In this document: piece after piece, positions 1-9,193 of the stretch
Layout: each line of letters opens with the position of its first letter
Position numbering within the stretch: the first letter of the stretch is position 1
From: a virus
Taxonomy: Duplodnaviria; Caudoviricetes
Length of the DNA stretch: 52,493 nucleotides
IMG/VR virus record: IMGVR_UViG_3300037470_000686
Location: 1 to 52,493 of that record
Direction: 5' to 3' (one strand)
Notes under the pieces: model-generated
Told to the model about the DNA's origin: nothing
The model's database searches: none
What the model saw: only the letters and a program-made list of their open reading frames with translations
Program-made: the position numbers and the translations under genes

Positions 1-127
1 TCTTCTGGATCGACTCGAAGACCGGCGAGAAGGTCGAGGACGACGTGACGGTCATCCCCGACATGTTCTTCCTCCCGGCCGAGTACAGGCCCTACATCGA
101 CCTCCCCGGCGAGGGCTGAGCGATGCC
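1..127 (+). repeat. Terminal direct repeat, identical to 52367-52493 (assembly circularisation overlap)
   Basis: tcttctggatcgac...gagggctgagcgatgcc occurs at both ends; 127 nt is a common assembler k-mer and the repeat falls inside the Gam CDS. Confidence 0.95.
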
Positions 128-1148
128 CGCCATCGTCTACAAACCGAAGAAGTACAACGCTGAACACTCGGCGATCATCCGCCACGCTCAGGACATCTGC
201 CAGGACTACGCGGCCCAGGGCTACACCCTCACGCTCCGGCAGTTGTACTACCAGTTCGTCGCCCGCGACTTCATCCCCAACACCGACCGGTCCTACAAGA
301 AACTCGGGGGGATCGTCATGGACGCCCGCATGTCGGGCCACCTCGATTGGTCGTGGATCGTCGACCGGACCCGAGTCTTCCGTCGGAACTCCCATTGGAG
401 CGACCCGGCCAACCTGATCCACGATGCGGCCGAAGGCTACGGGCTCGACCTGTGGGCGGACCAACCGGCGAGGGTCGAGGTCTGGATCGAGAAGGACGCC
501 CTCGTCGGCGTGATCGAGCGGCCATGCCGGGAACTCGACGTGCCCTTCTTCTCGTGCCGAGGCTACGTCTCCGCCTCGGCAATGTGGGAGGCCGCCAGGC
601 GAGCGTACAGAGCCGCTCAGAACGGCCAGCGGACGGTGCTCATCCACCTCGGCGACCACGACCCGTCGGGCGTGCAGATGACCCAGGACATTCGCAACCG
701 GATCACCGAGTTCTTCTGGCAGGACGTCGCCAACGTTCTCCCCGCGAAGTACGACACCGACGAGGGAGGGTTCACCATGTCAGCGACCCGAGGGGCGATG
801 AAGCTGGAGTGGGGGACCGACGTCGACTTCCCCGAGGTCCGTCGGGTGGCGCTCACCATGGAGCAGGTCGAAGAACTAGACCCGCCGCCGAACCCGGCGA
901 AGCTCACCGACTCCCGAGCCGGGGCCTACATCGCCGAGTACGGCTACGAGTCGTGGGAGCTTGACGCCCTGCCGCCTCAGTACCTCGACGACCTCGTGCG
1001 CGAGGAGATCGCCCGAGAGGTCGACGACGACGTCATGGAGGAGCACGTCGCCCGCCAGGAGGCCGGACGTGAGACGTTGCGGATCGTGTCGGACCGATGG
1101 GACGAGGTGGTCGAAATGTTCGACCCGCAGACCGAGGAAGAGGACTGA
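123..1148 (+). CDS. Spo11/topoisomerase VI subunit A-like protein (winged-helix Tyr + TOPRIM)
   Basis: TLRQLYY (catalytic Tyr motif), VWIEKDAL (TOPRIM Glu), HLGDHDPSG (DxD), RRVALT, WELDAL. Confidence 0.8.
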   Translation: MPAIVYKPKKYNAEHSAIIRHAQDICQDYAAQGYTLTLRQLYYQFVARDFIPNTDRSYKKLGGIVMDARMSGHLDWSWIVDRTRVFRRNSHWSDPANLIHDAAEGYGLDLWADQPARVEVWIEKDALVGVIERPCRELDVPFFSCRGYVSASAMWEAARRAYRAAQNGQRTVLIHLGDHDPSGVQMTQDIRNRITEFFWQDVANVLPAKYDTDEGGFTMSATRGAMKLEWGTDVDFPEVRRVALTMEQVEELDPPPNPAKLTDSRAGAYIAEYGYESWELDALPPQYLDDLVREEIAREVDDDVMEEHVARQEAGRETLRIVSDRWDEVVEMFDPQTEEED

Positions 1149-1151
1149 ACG

Positions 1152-1562
1152 ATGAGCGACACACCGATGACCGTGACCGACGAGCAGATCGACAACTATG
1201 CGAACTCGTGGGCCCTGATCCATCCCGAGGGCGACTGGTGGGGCGAGTTCACGTGGATGGGCGGCGGCACCGGAGACGAGCCGGATTGGGCCGCGGCCGA
1301 AGATGGCGAGTGGGATGAGCCGACCGAGATCGTCGCCGTCCGCTTCACCGTTATGGCATGGGACGGGGCTCCCGTCTTCCGCCGCGAGATCCGCCGCCGT
1401 GTGTTCGGTGCCGGACCCGACGACGAGGACGGAGAGCCCCACGACTTCGAGTTCCGGCCCGGCCCGTACCCCGAGGGGGAGTCGGCGCTCGATCATTCCG
1501 AGTGCTCCCGGTGCGGTGCGTCGCTCGCCGACAAGGGCCCGTGTCCGGTTCGTAGCGATTAG
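1152..1562 (+). CDS. Hypothetical protein with C-terminal Cys motif
   Basis: GAGGA RBS; acidic ORF with phage-like codon use; CSRCG...CP. Confidence 0.7.
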   Translation: MSDTPMTVTDEQIDNYANSWALIHPEGDWWGEFTWMGGGTGDEPDWAAAEDGEWDEPTEIVAVRFTVMAWDGAPVFRREIRRRVFGAGPDDEDGEPHDFEFRPGPYPEGESALDHSECSRCGASLADKGPCPVRSD

Positions 1563-1599
1563 TAGTTGACTTTCACCTACGACCCGCTACGATGAAGTC
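1562..1599 (+). promoter_or_regulatory. Leaderless sigma70-type promoter with operator-like palindrome
   Basis: GTAGTTGA-ctt-TCACCTAC (1562-1580) contains TTGACT; TACGAT 1588-1593; ATG follows 6 nt later at 1600. Confidence 0.8.
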
Positions 1600-1833
1600 A
1601 TGAGCGAAACCACCACCTCCCCGTCTCAATTCGACCGAGTCTCCGAGGACGGCCGCTACGGGCTCCTCGGACACACTCTCTACTTCATCGCCGGGTTCGG
1701 GCCCGGTGAGGATCTGACCGACTGCCCCGTCGGCGACCTGTTCGACCCCGAGAACTTCGAGGTGGCCGTTGACGCCGCTGAGGAAGAGATGCGAGTCCTC
1801 CGGGCCGACGCCGCCGCCGAGTTCGGGTTCTGA
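1600..1833 (+). CDS. Hypothetical protein (leaderless)
   Basis: ATG at the predicted TSS; typical codon use. Confidence 0.7.
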   Translation: MSETTTSPSQFDRVSEDGRYGLLGHTLYFIAGFGPGEDLTDCPVGDLFDPENFEVAVDAAEEEMRVLRADAAAEFGF

Positions 1834-1834
1834 G

Positions 1835-2032
1835 ATGAGCGTCACCCTCACGATCAACTGTGACAAGTGTTTCACCCGCCTGACGACCGACTGCCACGAC
1901 GCCACGAGCGCCCGAAACTACGGCCGGGATCGCGGGTGGAGCCGCGCAGGGGTCCCCCTCATGGAGGATCGTTGCCCGACGTGCTCCGACAGATACTTCG
2001 GCCGGACGGCCGACTCCGACAGTTCCAACTAG
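1835..2032 (+). CDS. Small Zn-ribbon protein
   Basis: INCDKC...RGW...DRCPTC; starts 1 nt after the upstream stop. Confidence 0.7.
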   Translation: MSVTLTINCDKCFTRLTTDCHDATSARNYGRDRGWSRAGVPLMEDRCPTCSDRYFGRTADSDSSN

Positions 2033-2045
2033 AAAGAAGCACCCC

Positions 2046-2750
2046 ATGGCACGCACCCACCACGTCAACGCCTACCGCGGCAAACAGAAATGTCAGTACG
2101 TCGATCAAGACGGAGAGCGATGCGGGATGCCCCGCAAGGGTCACTCGACCATGGCGAACGGCCACGCCTACGACGGCGGCACCCTCCGGTGCGGGGCGTG
2201 CGGTGAACCGATCAAGATCGGCGACGCCTACAAGTTCGTCAAGCCCCGGACCCACAAGGGGGCCCGAGGGACGAAGCTCAACCGCCACGAGACGTGCCCG
2301 TCGTGGAAGGCGTCCGAGTTGACCTCGTCCGAGTTCCGCCGGATCATCTACGCCGCCGCCGAGGGCGCCCCCGGCGCATCGGGCGAGACCCCCGACGAGT
2401 GGACCGAGGCCCTCGAAGCGCTCCAGGACCACTACGCCTCGGCCGCCAAGGAGGCCGCCGAGTGCCGCCAGGATGCCGCCTCGAACATCGAGGAGGGGTT
2501 CGGCCACGAGACCTACCAGTCCGAAGAACTCCGGGGCGAAGGCGACGAGGCCGAACAGGTCGGCGACACGATCGAAGGGATCGACGTCGAGTGGAACGGC
2601 GACGACGAACCGAGCCGGGAAGACTTCGACGAGAACCACGACGGGCTCGTCGAGTACGAGGAGGCGGTCGACAACTGGCTCTCCGAAGTCGAGACCTGGG
2701 GCGAGGGCGTCGTCGCCGAGATCGAGGCCGAGTGGGAGAACATGCCGTGA
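2046..2750 (+). CDS. Hypothetical protein (N-terminal Cys/His motifs, acidic helical C-terminus)
   Basis: CGACGEPIKIGDAY...HETC; AGAAAGAAGCACCCC leader. Confidence 0.75.
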   Translation: MARTHHVNAYRGKQKCQYVDQDGERCGMPRKGHSTMANGHAYDGGTLRCGACGEPIKIGDAYKFVKPRTHKGARGTKLNRHETCPSWKASELTSSEFRRIIYAAAEGAPGASGETPDEWTEALEALQDHYASAAKEAAECRQDAASNIEEGFGHETYQSEELRGEGDEAEQVGDTIEGIDVEWNGDDEPSREDFDENHDGLVEYEEAVDNWLSEVETWGEGVVAEIEAEWENMP

Positions 2751-3235
2751 AAGTCAACGGACAGATCCCGAGCCTCCCCCCGTCGAAGCGCATCCCCCCG
2801 GTCGAGACCGACGTCCTCGCCGACCTCGCCGACCTGATCGTGCGCCGCCGGGTCCGCCTCGTCACCGAACCCCTCGACGTCGCCCGCCACTTCCCGATGA
2901 TCGCCGCCGCCGCCGCCGGAGGGCTACTGCCGAATAACCTCGGCGCGGTATGCGGAGACCTCGACGAAGGCGTCCAAGGCCCCTGGGGAGTCGTCTTCCA
3001 TCGGGCCACGCTCCTGCCGTTGGAGTCGGTCCCGTACCTCGTCGCCGAGGTCCAGAAGCTCTGCGTGCTTCGACAGATCGAGGTCGCCGACGCCGTCGAG
3101 ATCCGATACCGGCGAGGGTGGCTCGACCCGGACTCGCACAACTTCACCCACGACCCGCCGCTCCCGGCCGACGTGCTCGCCTGGCCGCTCGTCGACGCAC
3201 CGCCTAGCGATGGTGCGCCGAGTAGGTTAGGGTAG
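2747..3235 (+). CDS. Hypothetical protein
   Basis: GTGA overlap with the upstream stop; only the 3' part of the 2294..3235 ORF is protein-like. Confidence 0.6.
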   Translation: MKVNGQIPSLPPSKRIPPVETDVLADLADLIVRRRVRLVTEPLDVARHFPMIAAAAAGGLLPNNLGAVCGDLDEGVQGPWGVVFHRATLLPLESVPYLVAEVQKLCVLRQIEVADAVEIRYRRGWLDPDSHNFTHDPPLPADVLAWPLVDAPPSDGAPSRLG

Positions 3236-3240
3236 TTGAC

Positions 3241-3651
3241 ATGGCTGGACACCCCGCACACCCGAACGACGGCCGGAGCCGGTGGGCCCACTACCGCGAC
3301 CGTCAACGTGGCGAAGCGGCAGGGGTCGACGGCCCGCTCCCGCCCTCGAAGGAAGTCGAACCGTGCGGCACGTGGGCGGCCGTCATGCGCCACCGTCGCA
3401 ACGGCGAACTCCCGCTCGACGAGAAGTGCGCGGCGGCCGAGTCCGAACGCAACGCCGAGAACTACCGACGCCGCCGGGCGAAGAAGGTCGACAAGATCCG
3501 GGCGACCGACGCCAAGACCGCCGACCGTCTCGACTCTGGCGAGATCAGCCTCCGGGAAGCCGAACGCCTCGCCGCCGAGGTGCGGGCCAAGAAGGACGCC
3601 AAGAACGCCAAGGTCCGGGCGCAACGGGCGAAGGCCAAGAACTCCGGCTGA
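3241..3651 (+). CDS. Small basic protein with CGTxxAxxRHxRxGE...C motif (possible DNA-binding protein)
   Basis: PCGTWAAVMRHRRNGELPLDEKC is typical of small actinophage proteins; Lys/Arg-rich tail; GTAGTTGAC half-site abuts the ATG. Confidence 0.7.
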   Translation: MAGHPAHPNDGRSRWAHYRDRQRGEAAGVDGPLPPSKEVEPCGTWAAVMRHRRNGELPLDEKCAAAESERNAENYRRRRAKKVDKIRATDAKTADRLDSGEISLREAERLAAEVRAKKDAKNAKVRAQRAKAKNSG

Positions 3652-3705
3652 GGGCGCTCCACGCGCCGGGAGATCCGCCGCTCCCGGTTCCTCGGCCGGA
3701 CCAAG

Positions 3706-3743
3706 GGAACCCCGACACTCTTCCGCCGGAGTGTCGGGGTTCC
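3706..3743 (+). terminator. 15-bp hairpin separating the early block from the portal
   Basis: ggaaccccgacactc / gagtgtcggggttcc; no U-tract (common in Actinobacteria). Confidence 0.7.
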
Positions 3744-3744
3744 T

Positions 3745-3781
3745 CGCGTCCCGCCAGGTGCCCTAACCGGTCACGTACCCT
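3745..3781 (+). promoter_or_regulatory. Candidate late promoter (CGCGTC-N25-TACCCT)
   Basis: Member of the CGCGTC motif family found upstream of structural genes. Confidence 0.55.
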
Positions 3782-3790
3782 AGCCGGGCC

Positions 3791-5629
3791 ATGGTCCAAC
3801 AGGTCACAACCTTCGACGCCTACACCGCCCTCATGCACTCGGCCGGGCTCGACCCCGACCACTCGCCGCTCGTGCAGCCGCCGTCGTGGACCCCGAAGGA
3901 CGCCCGCCGTCGACTCCACGCCTACCGCATCCTCAACTCGTACAAGTCGAACTCGTCGAGGTTCAACCGGCTCCGCCTCCCCAACGTGGAACGGCGCAAG
4001 ATGCGCGAGTACGGCGACCCGTCCCTCGTCGTCGACCGGATCGTCGGCGGCATCCTCGGCAAGGGGGCCACGTTCACCGTCGAAGGATCGACGCAACCGC
4101 CGATCGACCTGCCCGAGATCCCGGCCCGACCCCATGACGTCTCCGGGTTCGAGGAGGGCACCGTCGAGCGCCGGGTCGCCGAAGTCCAGAATGCCGTGTG
4201 GGAGGCGAGGGCTCAGGAGGTCGTAGACGCCTGGGCCGATGCCCACGAGGTCTACCCGGCCCTGGCCGAACGGCAACGCTGGCTCGACCGGTGGATTCAG
4301 GACGAACAGGTCGACGCGAAGCTCTACGAGATGGAGGCCGACGGGGCGGTCCCCCTCGGCGACGGCGTCCTCGTCATGGGATGGTCGACCGAGAAGCAAC
4401 GGCCGACCCTCACCGTCCACGAACCCGACTCCTACCACCCGGTGCTCGCCGACGCGAACGACGACTATCCGACGAAGGTCCACCTCGCGTGGGAGTACGA
4501 GGAGGACGACCAGACCTTCCTCCGGCGCATCACCTACGAACTCGGGCCGATCCTCCCCGAGCCGGACGAGGACGGGCTCCGTGTCGTCGACCCCGGCGAG
4601 CCGCTCACGAAGCGGTACCCGTGGCAGGCCGCCGACGAGGACGAGTCGACGATGACGTGCTACCTCACCGACGCCGTGTGGAACCTCAATCAGTCGGGCA
4701 TGGACTGGCCGTCGCTCGACATGAAGGACGCCGAGTACGCGGTGAACGAGGACGGCGAACTCCTCGACTACTTCGACATCGGCGTCGACTTCCTGCCGGT
4801 CATCCACGTACCCAACACGCCCAACACCGCCGACCACTTCGGCGTGTCGAGCCTGACCAACACCGCCCAACTCTTCGACGACCTCGCCACCCTCGACACG
4901 AACATCATGAAGGCGGCCGCCCTCGCCGGATCGCCGACGATCGGCGCGGCCGGTGTCAACGTCGCCACCCTCGAAGTCCGGGCGGGCACGGTTATCAACC
5001 TCCCGCCCGAAGGCAAGCTCTACCCGATCGACCTGTCCCACGCCCTCACCGCGCTCCTCGGTCTCCTCGACCAGATGCTCGACCGGACGTCGATCAACAC
5101 CCAGGTCCCCGCCGTCGTCCTCGGCCGGGTCTCCGGCGAAGACGTCCCCTCCGGTATCGCTCTCTCGCTCAGCTTCGCCCCGTTCGAGCAACTCATCGCC
5201 GTACTCCGCCTCACCCGCCTCGTCAAGTACGGACTCATCCCGAAGTTCGCGCAACGCTTCGCCCAGGCGTTCGGGGTCCTCGACGAAGGCCCGACCCCGG
5301 CGGTCAACATCGAGTTCATGACGACCGTCCCCACCGACGTCAAGGCGACCGTCGAACAGGTCGTGTCTCTCCTCACCGCCAAGGGCATCCCGAGGGCCAT
5401 GGCTCTCGCCGTGCTCCGAGACGCCGGGTTCCCGGTCGAGTCGATCGAGGACGCCGTCTCTCAGATCCAGGCCGAGGATGCCGAAGGCGGCAAGCTCTAC
5501 GCCGAGGCGCTCAGTTCCGACCAGGCCGCCGCCGACTATCTCGGCGTCACGATCCCGGAGGCGACCCCTGAGACGCTCCCACCACCCCCGCCGCCGCCGT
5601 CGACACTCCCCGGACCACTCGGCGAGTAG
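3791..5629 (+). CDS. Portal protein
   Basis: REYGDPSLVVD, LGDGVLVMGW, DFLPVIHVPN, HFGVSSL, SGIALSLSFAP motifs; 612 aa; first gene of the head module. Confidence 0.85.
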   Translation: MVQQVTTFDAYTALMHSAGLDPDHSPLVQPPSWTPKDARRRLHAYRILNSYKSNSSRFNRLRLPNVERRKMREYGDPSLVVDRIVGGILGKGATFTVEGSTQPPIDLPEIPARPHDVSGFEEGTVERRVAEVQNAVWEARAQEVVDAWADAHEVYPALAERQRWLDRWIQDEQVDAKLYEMEADGAVPLGDGVLVMGWSTEKQRPTLTVHEPDSYHPVLADANDDYPTKVHLAWEYEEDDQTFLRRITYELGPILPEPDEDGLRVVDPGEPLTKRYPWQAADEDESTMTCYLTDAVWNLNQSGMDWPSLDMKDAEYAVNEDGELLDYFDIGVDFLPVIHVPNTPNTADHFGVSSLTNTAQLFDDLATLDTNIMKAAALAGSPTIGAAGVNVATLEVRAGTVINLPPEGKLYPIDLSHALTALLGLLDQMLDRTSINTQVPAVVLGRVSGEDVPSGIALSLSFAPFEQLIAVLRLTRLVKYGLIPKFAQRFAQAFGVLDEGPTPAVNIEFMTTVPTDVKATVEQVVSLLTAKGIPRAMALAVLRDAGFPVESIEDAVSQIQAEDAEGGKLYAEALSSDQAAADYLGVTIPEATPETLPPPPPPPSTLPGPLGE

Positions 5630-5672
5630 CGCCGCCTGGAGCACATGGGAGCCCTCGGAGGACGGCCCGGCG

Positions 5673-5816
5673 ATCGTCGCCCCGATCGGCGACCTCGTCG
5701 AGCACGTCCTCGACGACGAAGACTGTGTGTGCGGGCCGACCATGGAACCGGTCGAACGAGACGACGGGTCCTTCGGCTGGCTCCTCGTGCATCACGCCCT
5801 CGACGGCCGAGAGTGA
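5673..5816 (+). CDS. Small His/Cys-rich protein after the portal (start uncertain)
   Basis: PIGDLVEH...DCVCGP...VHHALDGRE resembles small actinophage ORFs; no in-frame ATG/GTG before the conserved part; GGAGGA lies 10 nt before ATC 5673. Confidence 0.5.
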   Translation: MVAPIGDLVEHVLDDEDCVCGPTMEPVERDDGSFGWLLVHHALDGRE

Positions 5817-5972
5817 CCGCCGCGTCACACCGGAGGGCCAACTACGCGAGACGCTCACGACCGTAGCCACGAGGGCGACCCTGACCGACAGGTGAACCGG
5901 GACTGACCGGCAGTACAACCGGGAGCCCACCGGGGGCAGTGTCACCGGGACCTACAACGGAGATCAACTACC

Positions 5973-6668
5973 ATGCGCCACCTCTTCAAGCTCACCGCCT
6001 CCCTCTTCGGGATGCTGGCGTTCTTCCTCTTCGCCGACGGCGGAGGGGACGACGACACGGTGATCGACGACGATGACGACGGCGACGACGACAAGGACGA
6101 GCCGAAGTTCACGAAGTCCGACATCGACGCCGCCGGAACCGGTGCCCGCAAGAAAGGCGAGGCCGCCGCAAAGAAGGCCATCGCCGAACAGTTGGGAGTG
6201 TCCGTCGAGGAAGCGGCCAAGATCATTGCCGCGAACCGCAAGGCCGAGGAAGACGCCCTGTCCGACGCAGAGAAGGCGAAGCTCGAAGCGGAGACCGATC
6301 GGCAGGAGGCCGCCCGCGAGAAGCGGGAGGCACGAGTCGAACGGATCACCACGAAGATCGAGCGGGCCCTCTCGAAGGCGGGCATGGACGACGACCTCAT
6401 CGACGACATGGCACCGGTCATTCTGTCCCGTGTCGGCGACGAGGCCGAGGCCGACGACATCTCCGCCGAGGTGACGAAGCTGGCGAAGAAGTCGCCCGCC
6501 TTGTTCGGCGACGACGGGACGAAGACCAAGGACGACCCGCTCTCGAAGGGTCGGTCAAGCAAGACCAAGGGCCGCCAGAAGAAGACCGAGAAGTCCTCCA
6601 CTGGCATCGACGCCGGGCGTGAAGCCGCCCGGACCCGGTTCGCCAAGGACAAGACTCCCGCCGCGTAA
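5973..6668 (+). CDS. Capsid scaffolding protein
   Basis: FADGGGDDD N-terminus, KFTKSDID, charged coiled coil, SPALF; position before decoration and capsid genes. Confidence 0.85.
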   Translation: MRHLFKLTASLFGMLAFFLFADGGGDDDTVIDDDDDGDDDKDEPKFTKSDIDAAGTGARKKGEAAAKKAIAEQLGVSVEEAAKIIAANRKAEEDALSDAEKAKLEAETDRQEAAREKREARVERITTKIERALSKAGMDDDLIDDMAPVILSRVGDEAEADDISAEVTKLAKKSPALFGDDGTKTKDDPLSKGRSSKTKGRQKKTEKSSTGIDAGREAARTRFAKDKTPAA

Positions 6669-6710
6669 CTTCCAACTACCAACCGCTCACCCTCGAAAGG
6701 ATCGACCACC

Positions 6711-7142
6711 ATGGATCTCGGCATCACGACCAAGACCACCCAGACGGAAGATCGAACGTGGCTCGCCGATGCACAGAACCATGTGCAGCAGACCTACACG
6801 CTCGATCCTTCGACAGGCTTCGTCCTCGCCACCCACTACCCGAACGGCTACCTCCGCTCGGGCCAAGGGGTCGCCTACGACACCGCCACCGACCGGCTCG
6901 TCCCGTGGGACCCCGGCGCCACCGAAGGCAACGACGAGACCTTCCTCGAAGGCGTGCTCTACGACTCGGTCCAGGTGACCGAGGCGCTCGCCGGAGGCCG
7001 CGACGTCGCCGTCCCCGTCATGGTCTGGGGCTTCATCTCGCTCAGCAAGCTCCCGCCCAACAGTGGCTTCGACGCCGTCCTCGCCGACGCCCGCACCGAG
7101 GCCGCCGTCGGCAACGCCAACCAACTCTGGATCGGAGCCTGA
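6711..7142 (+). CDS. Head decoration protein
   Basis: EDRTWL...HYPNGYLRSG...SKLP; lies between scaffold and capsid. Confidence 0.75.
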   Translation: MDLGITTKTTQTEDRTWLADAQNHVQQTYTLDPSTGFVLATHYPNGYLRSGQGVAYDTATDRLVPWDPGATEGNDETFLEGVLYDSVQVTEALAGGRDVAVPVMVWGFISLSKLPPNSGFDAVLADARTEAAVGNANQLWIGA

Positions 7143-7143
7143 C

Positions 7144-8169
7144 ATGGCCCTCATCGCACGCGACTACGACAACGTCCGACTCACGGGCTTCGTTCGCGAA
7201 GTCCCTCAGCGGACCGGAGCCATCCTCAACACGTGGCTCCCCGACCGGGAGGTCGGCACCCGGACCTTCTCGATCAAGACGACGACTCGTGCAAACGACT
7301 CGGCCGTCTTCCGCGCATTCGACACCCCGAGCCCCGTCGCTCCCCGTCCCGGCTTCACCGAGAAGGTCGGCTCCCTGCCGCCCATCTCGGAGATGATGGT
7401 GATCGGCGAAGACGAGCGCCTCGGGATCTACGAGCGTGCCATCGCCGGAGACTTCGACGAACAGGTCGACGGAGCCATCTACGACGATGCCACGACGATG
7501 ACCCGTCGGATTCGCAACCGGTTCGAGATCGCCCGAGGACAGGTCCTCTCGACCGGCACCTTCGTGCTGGCCGGCGAGAACAACATGTACCTCACCGCCG
7601 ACTTCGGAATGCCCGCCGCGAACCTTCCCGGTGGGCACGCCTCGACCACGGCCGCCCTCACGTGGGCCGACGAGGACGCCGACATTCTCGGCGAGATCAC
7701 CACCCTCCAGGAACGGAGCCGGGACGAGAACGGTTCGGAGATCGGAGCGCTCATCATGTCGAGCGCCCGGATCTCGAACCTCCTCGGGAACCTCGGCATC
7801 CGGGCGATCCTGGCGAACAACGGCGTCACGCCGTCGATCGCCACCGAGGCCAACGTCCAGGCGGTCCTCTCGGCACACGGTCTGCCGACCTTCGTCCGCT
7901 ACGACTATCAGGTCTCGGGGACGCGAGTCATCCCCGCCGACCTCGTCGTGGCGGTCCCGTCGCCGGACGCCGAGGAGTTCGGCCGGACCGAGTTCGGTGT
8001 CACCGCCGAGGCGCTCGTGCTCGACCTCGACTTCTCGGACAATCCGGGACTCGTCGGGCTCGTCATGACATCGGACGATCCCGTCGGCGTCTACACGAAG
8101 GTGGCCGCCCTGGGGATGCCGGTGCTCCATCAGCCGGAACTCCTGTACGTCTTCGACGCCGTTCCGTAG
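7144..8169 (+). CDS. Major capsid protein (HK97 fold, lambda-E-like family)
   Basis: LPPISEMMVIGE, RIRNRFEIARGQVLSTG, DFGMPA, DPVGVYTKVAALGMPVL. Confidence 0.9.
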   Translation: MALIARDYDNVRLTGFVREVPQRTGAILNTWLPDREVGTRTFSIKTTTRANDSAVFRAFDTPSPVAPRPGFTEKVGSLPPISEMMVIGEDERLGIYERAIAGDFDEQVDGAIYDDATTMTRRIRNRFEIARGQVLSTGTFVLAGENNMYLTADFGMPAANLPGGHASTTAALTWADEDADILGEITTLQERSRDENGSEIGALIMSSARISNLLGNLGIRAILANNGVTPSIATEANVQAVLSAHGLPTFVRYDYQVSGTRVIPADLVVAVPSPDAEEFGRTEFGVTAEALVLDLDFSDNPGLVGLVMTSDDPVGVYTKVAALGMPVLHQPELLYVFDAVP

Positions 8170-8180
8170 TTCGACGTGCT

Positions 8181-8212
8181 CGCCGGACCGAGGGCCCCCT
8201 CCCGGTCCGGCG
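8181..8212 (+). terminator. Hairpin after the capsid gene
   Basis: cgccggaccg / cggtccggcg 10-bp stem. Confidence 0.55.
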
Positions 8213-8248
8213 GCCGTCTCCCACCCACCGAAACCAAGTGAGGCCGTC

Positions 8249-8818
8249 ATGGCAAAGCTCGTACAGACCACGGTCATTCGCGATGACAGCGGTACGTCAC
8301 ACACGTTCTATGAAGGCGACGAGCCGCCCCCCTGGGCCGCCGCCCGCATCCTCAACCCGAAGGCGTGGGAGGGCAAGGTCCTACCGGACCCCGAGGGACA
8401 GCCCGAGAGCGTGAAGCACCCGGACCCGAGCGCCCCCCGCAAGCCGGTGCGCGAGAAGCCGGTCAAGACCCCGAAGGACAAGGAGGCCGAGGCGCTCGCC
8501 ACCGACGCCACCGCCGCCCTCGCCGACGGGGCCCCCGCCGGGACCGTCCCTGACGCTCCAGAGGCCGCTCCCGAGGCTCAGGCCACCGAGGCAACGCAGG
8601 CGCTCGCCACGCCCACACAGTCGACCGAGGGCCCCGCAGAGGGCACCTCGGAGGTCGAGGGCGGGACAGGGGCGGATCGGAACGACGGCCCCGCGCCGTC
8701 CCTGTCCACCCTCACTGTCGCCGAACTCGACAAGATGATCGACGAGCACAAGCTCCCGGTCGCCAAGTCGCTCACGCCGAAGGCGGCCAAGGTCGCGGCG
8801 ATCGAGGCGGCTCTCTAG
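8249..8818 (+). CDS. Virion-associated protein following the capsid gene
   Basis: GDEPPPWAAARILNPKAW N-terminal motif, Pro/Ala linker, Rho-N/HeH-like C-terminus (LTVAELDKM...KVAAIEAAL). Confidence 0.7.
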   Translation: MAKLVQTTVIRDDSGTSHTFYEGDEPPPWAAARILNPKAWEGKVLPDPEGQPESVKHPDPSAPRKPVREKPVKTPKDKEAEALATDATAALADGAPAGTVPDAPEAAPEAQATEATQALATPTQSTEGPAEGTSEVEGGTGADRNDGPAPSLSTLTVAELDKMIDEHKLPVAKSLTPKAAKVAAIEAAL

Positions 8819-8821
8819 CCG

Positions 8822-9187
8822 ATGGCCTCCTGCCTCACCGCCGCCGACCTGATCTCGGTCCGGGCCGAGATCGGATCGGCTGACGCGTCCGGGTGGGACG
8901 ACTCGAAGATCATCGAACGGGGCGAAGCGATCGGCTCGACCAACCCGATCGCCGTCGCCTTGTCGATCGTGCGCGAGAAGCTCGCCGACCTCCGTAACAA
9001 CGCTCCGGCACAGTGGTCGCTCTCCGGCGACTACTCCGAGAACTGGACGAGCAACATCGCCAAGATCGAGGCGCAGATCGCTCGCCTCGAAGGGGCCCTC
9101 GACGAGACCGCCGTCGGAGGTGTCGCCGTCGCCACGACTGGACTCCTCGTGCCCGGCGACATGTTCCGGCTCGGCGACCTCGACTAG
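8822..9187 (+). CDS. Head-to-tail adaptor-like protein
   Basis: Helical 121-aa protein in the adaptor position; inferred from synteny. Confidence 0.55.
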   Translation: MASCLTAADLISVRAEIGSADASGWDDSKIIERGEAIGSTNPIAVALSIVREKLADLRNNAPAQWSLSGDYSENWTSNIAKIEAQIARLEGALDETAVGGVAVATTGLLVPGDMFRLGDLD

Positions 9188-9193
9188 CCGGTC

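Noticed and set aside
3545-5743. Long antisense ORFs (732 aa here; also 8381-10003, 18941-20935, 20987-22201 and others)
   Set aside because: Shadow frames of high-GC coding genes, with no RBS or family motifs
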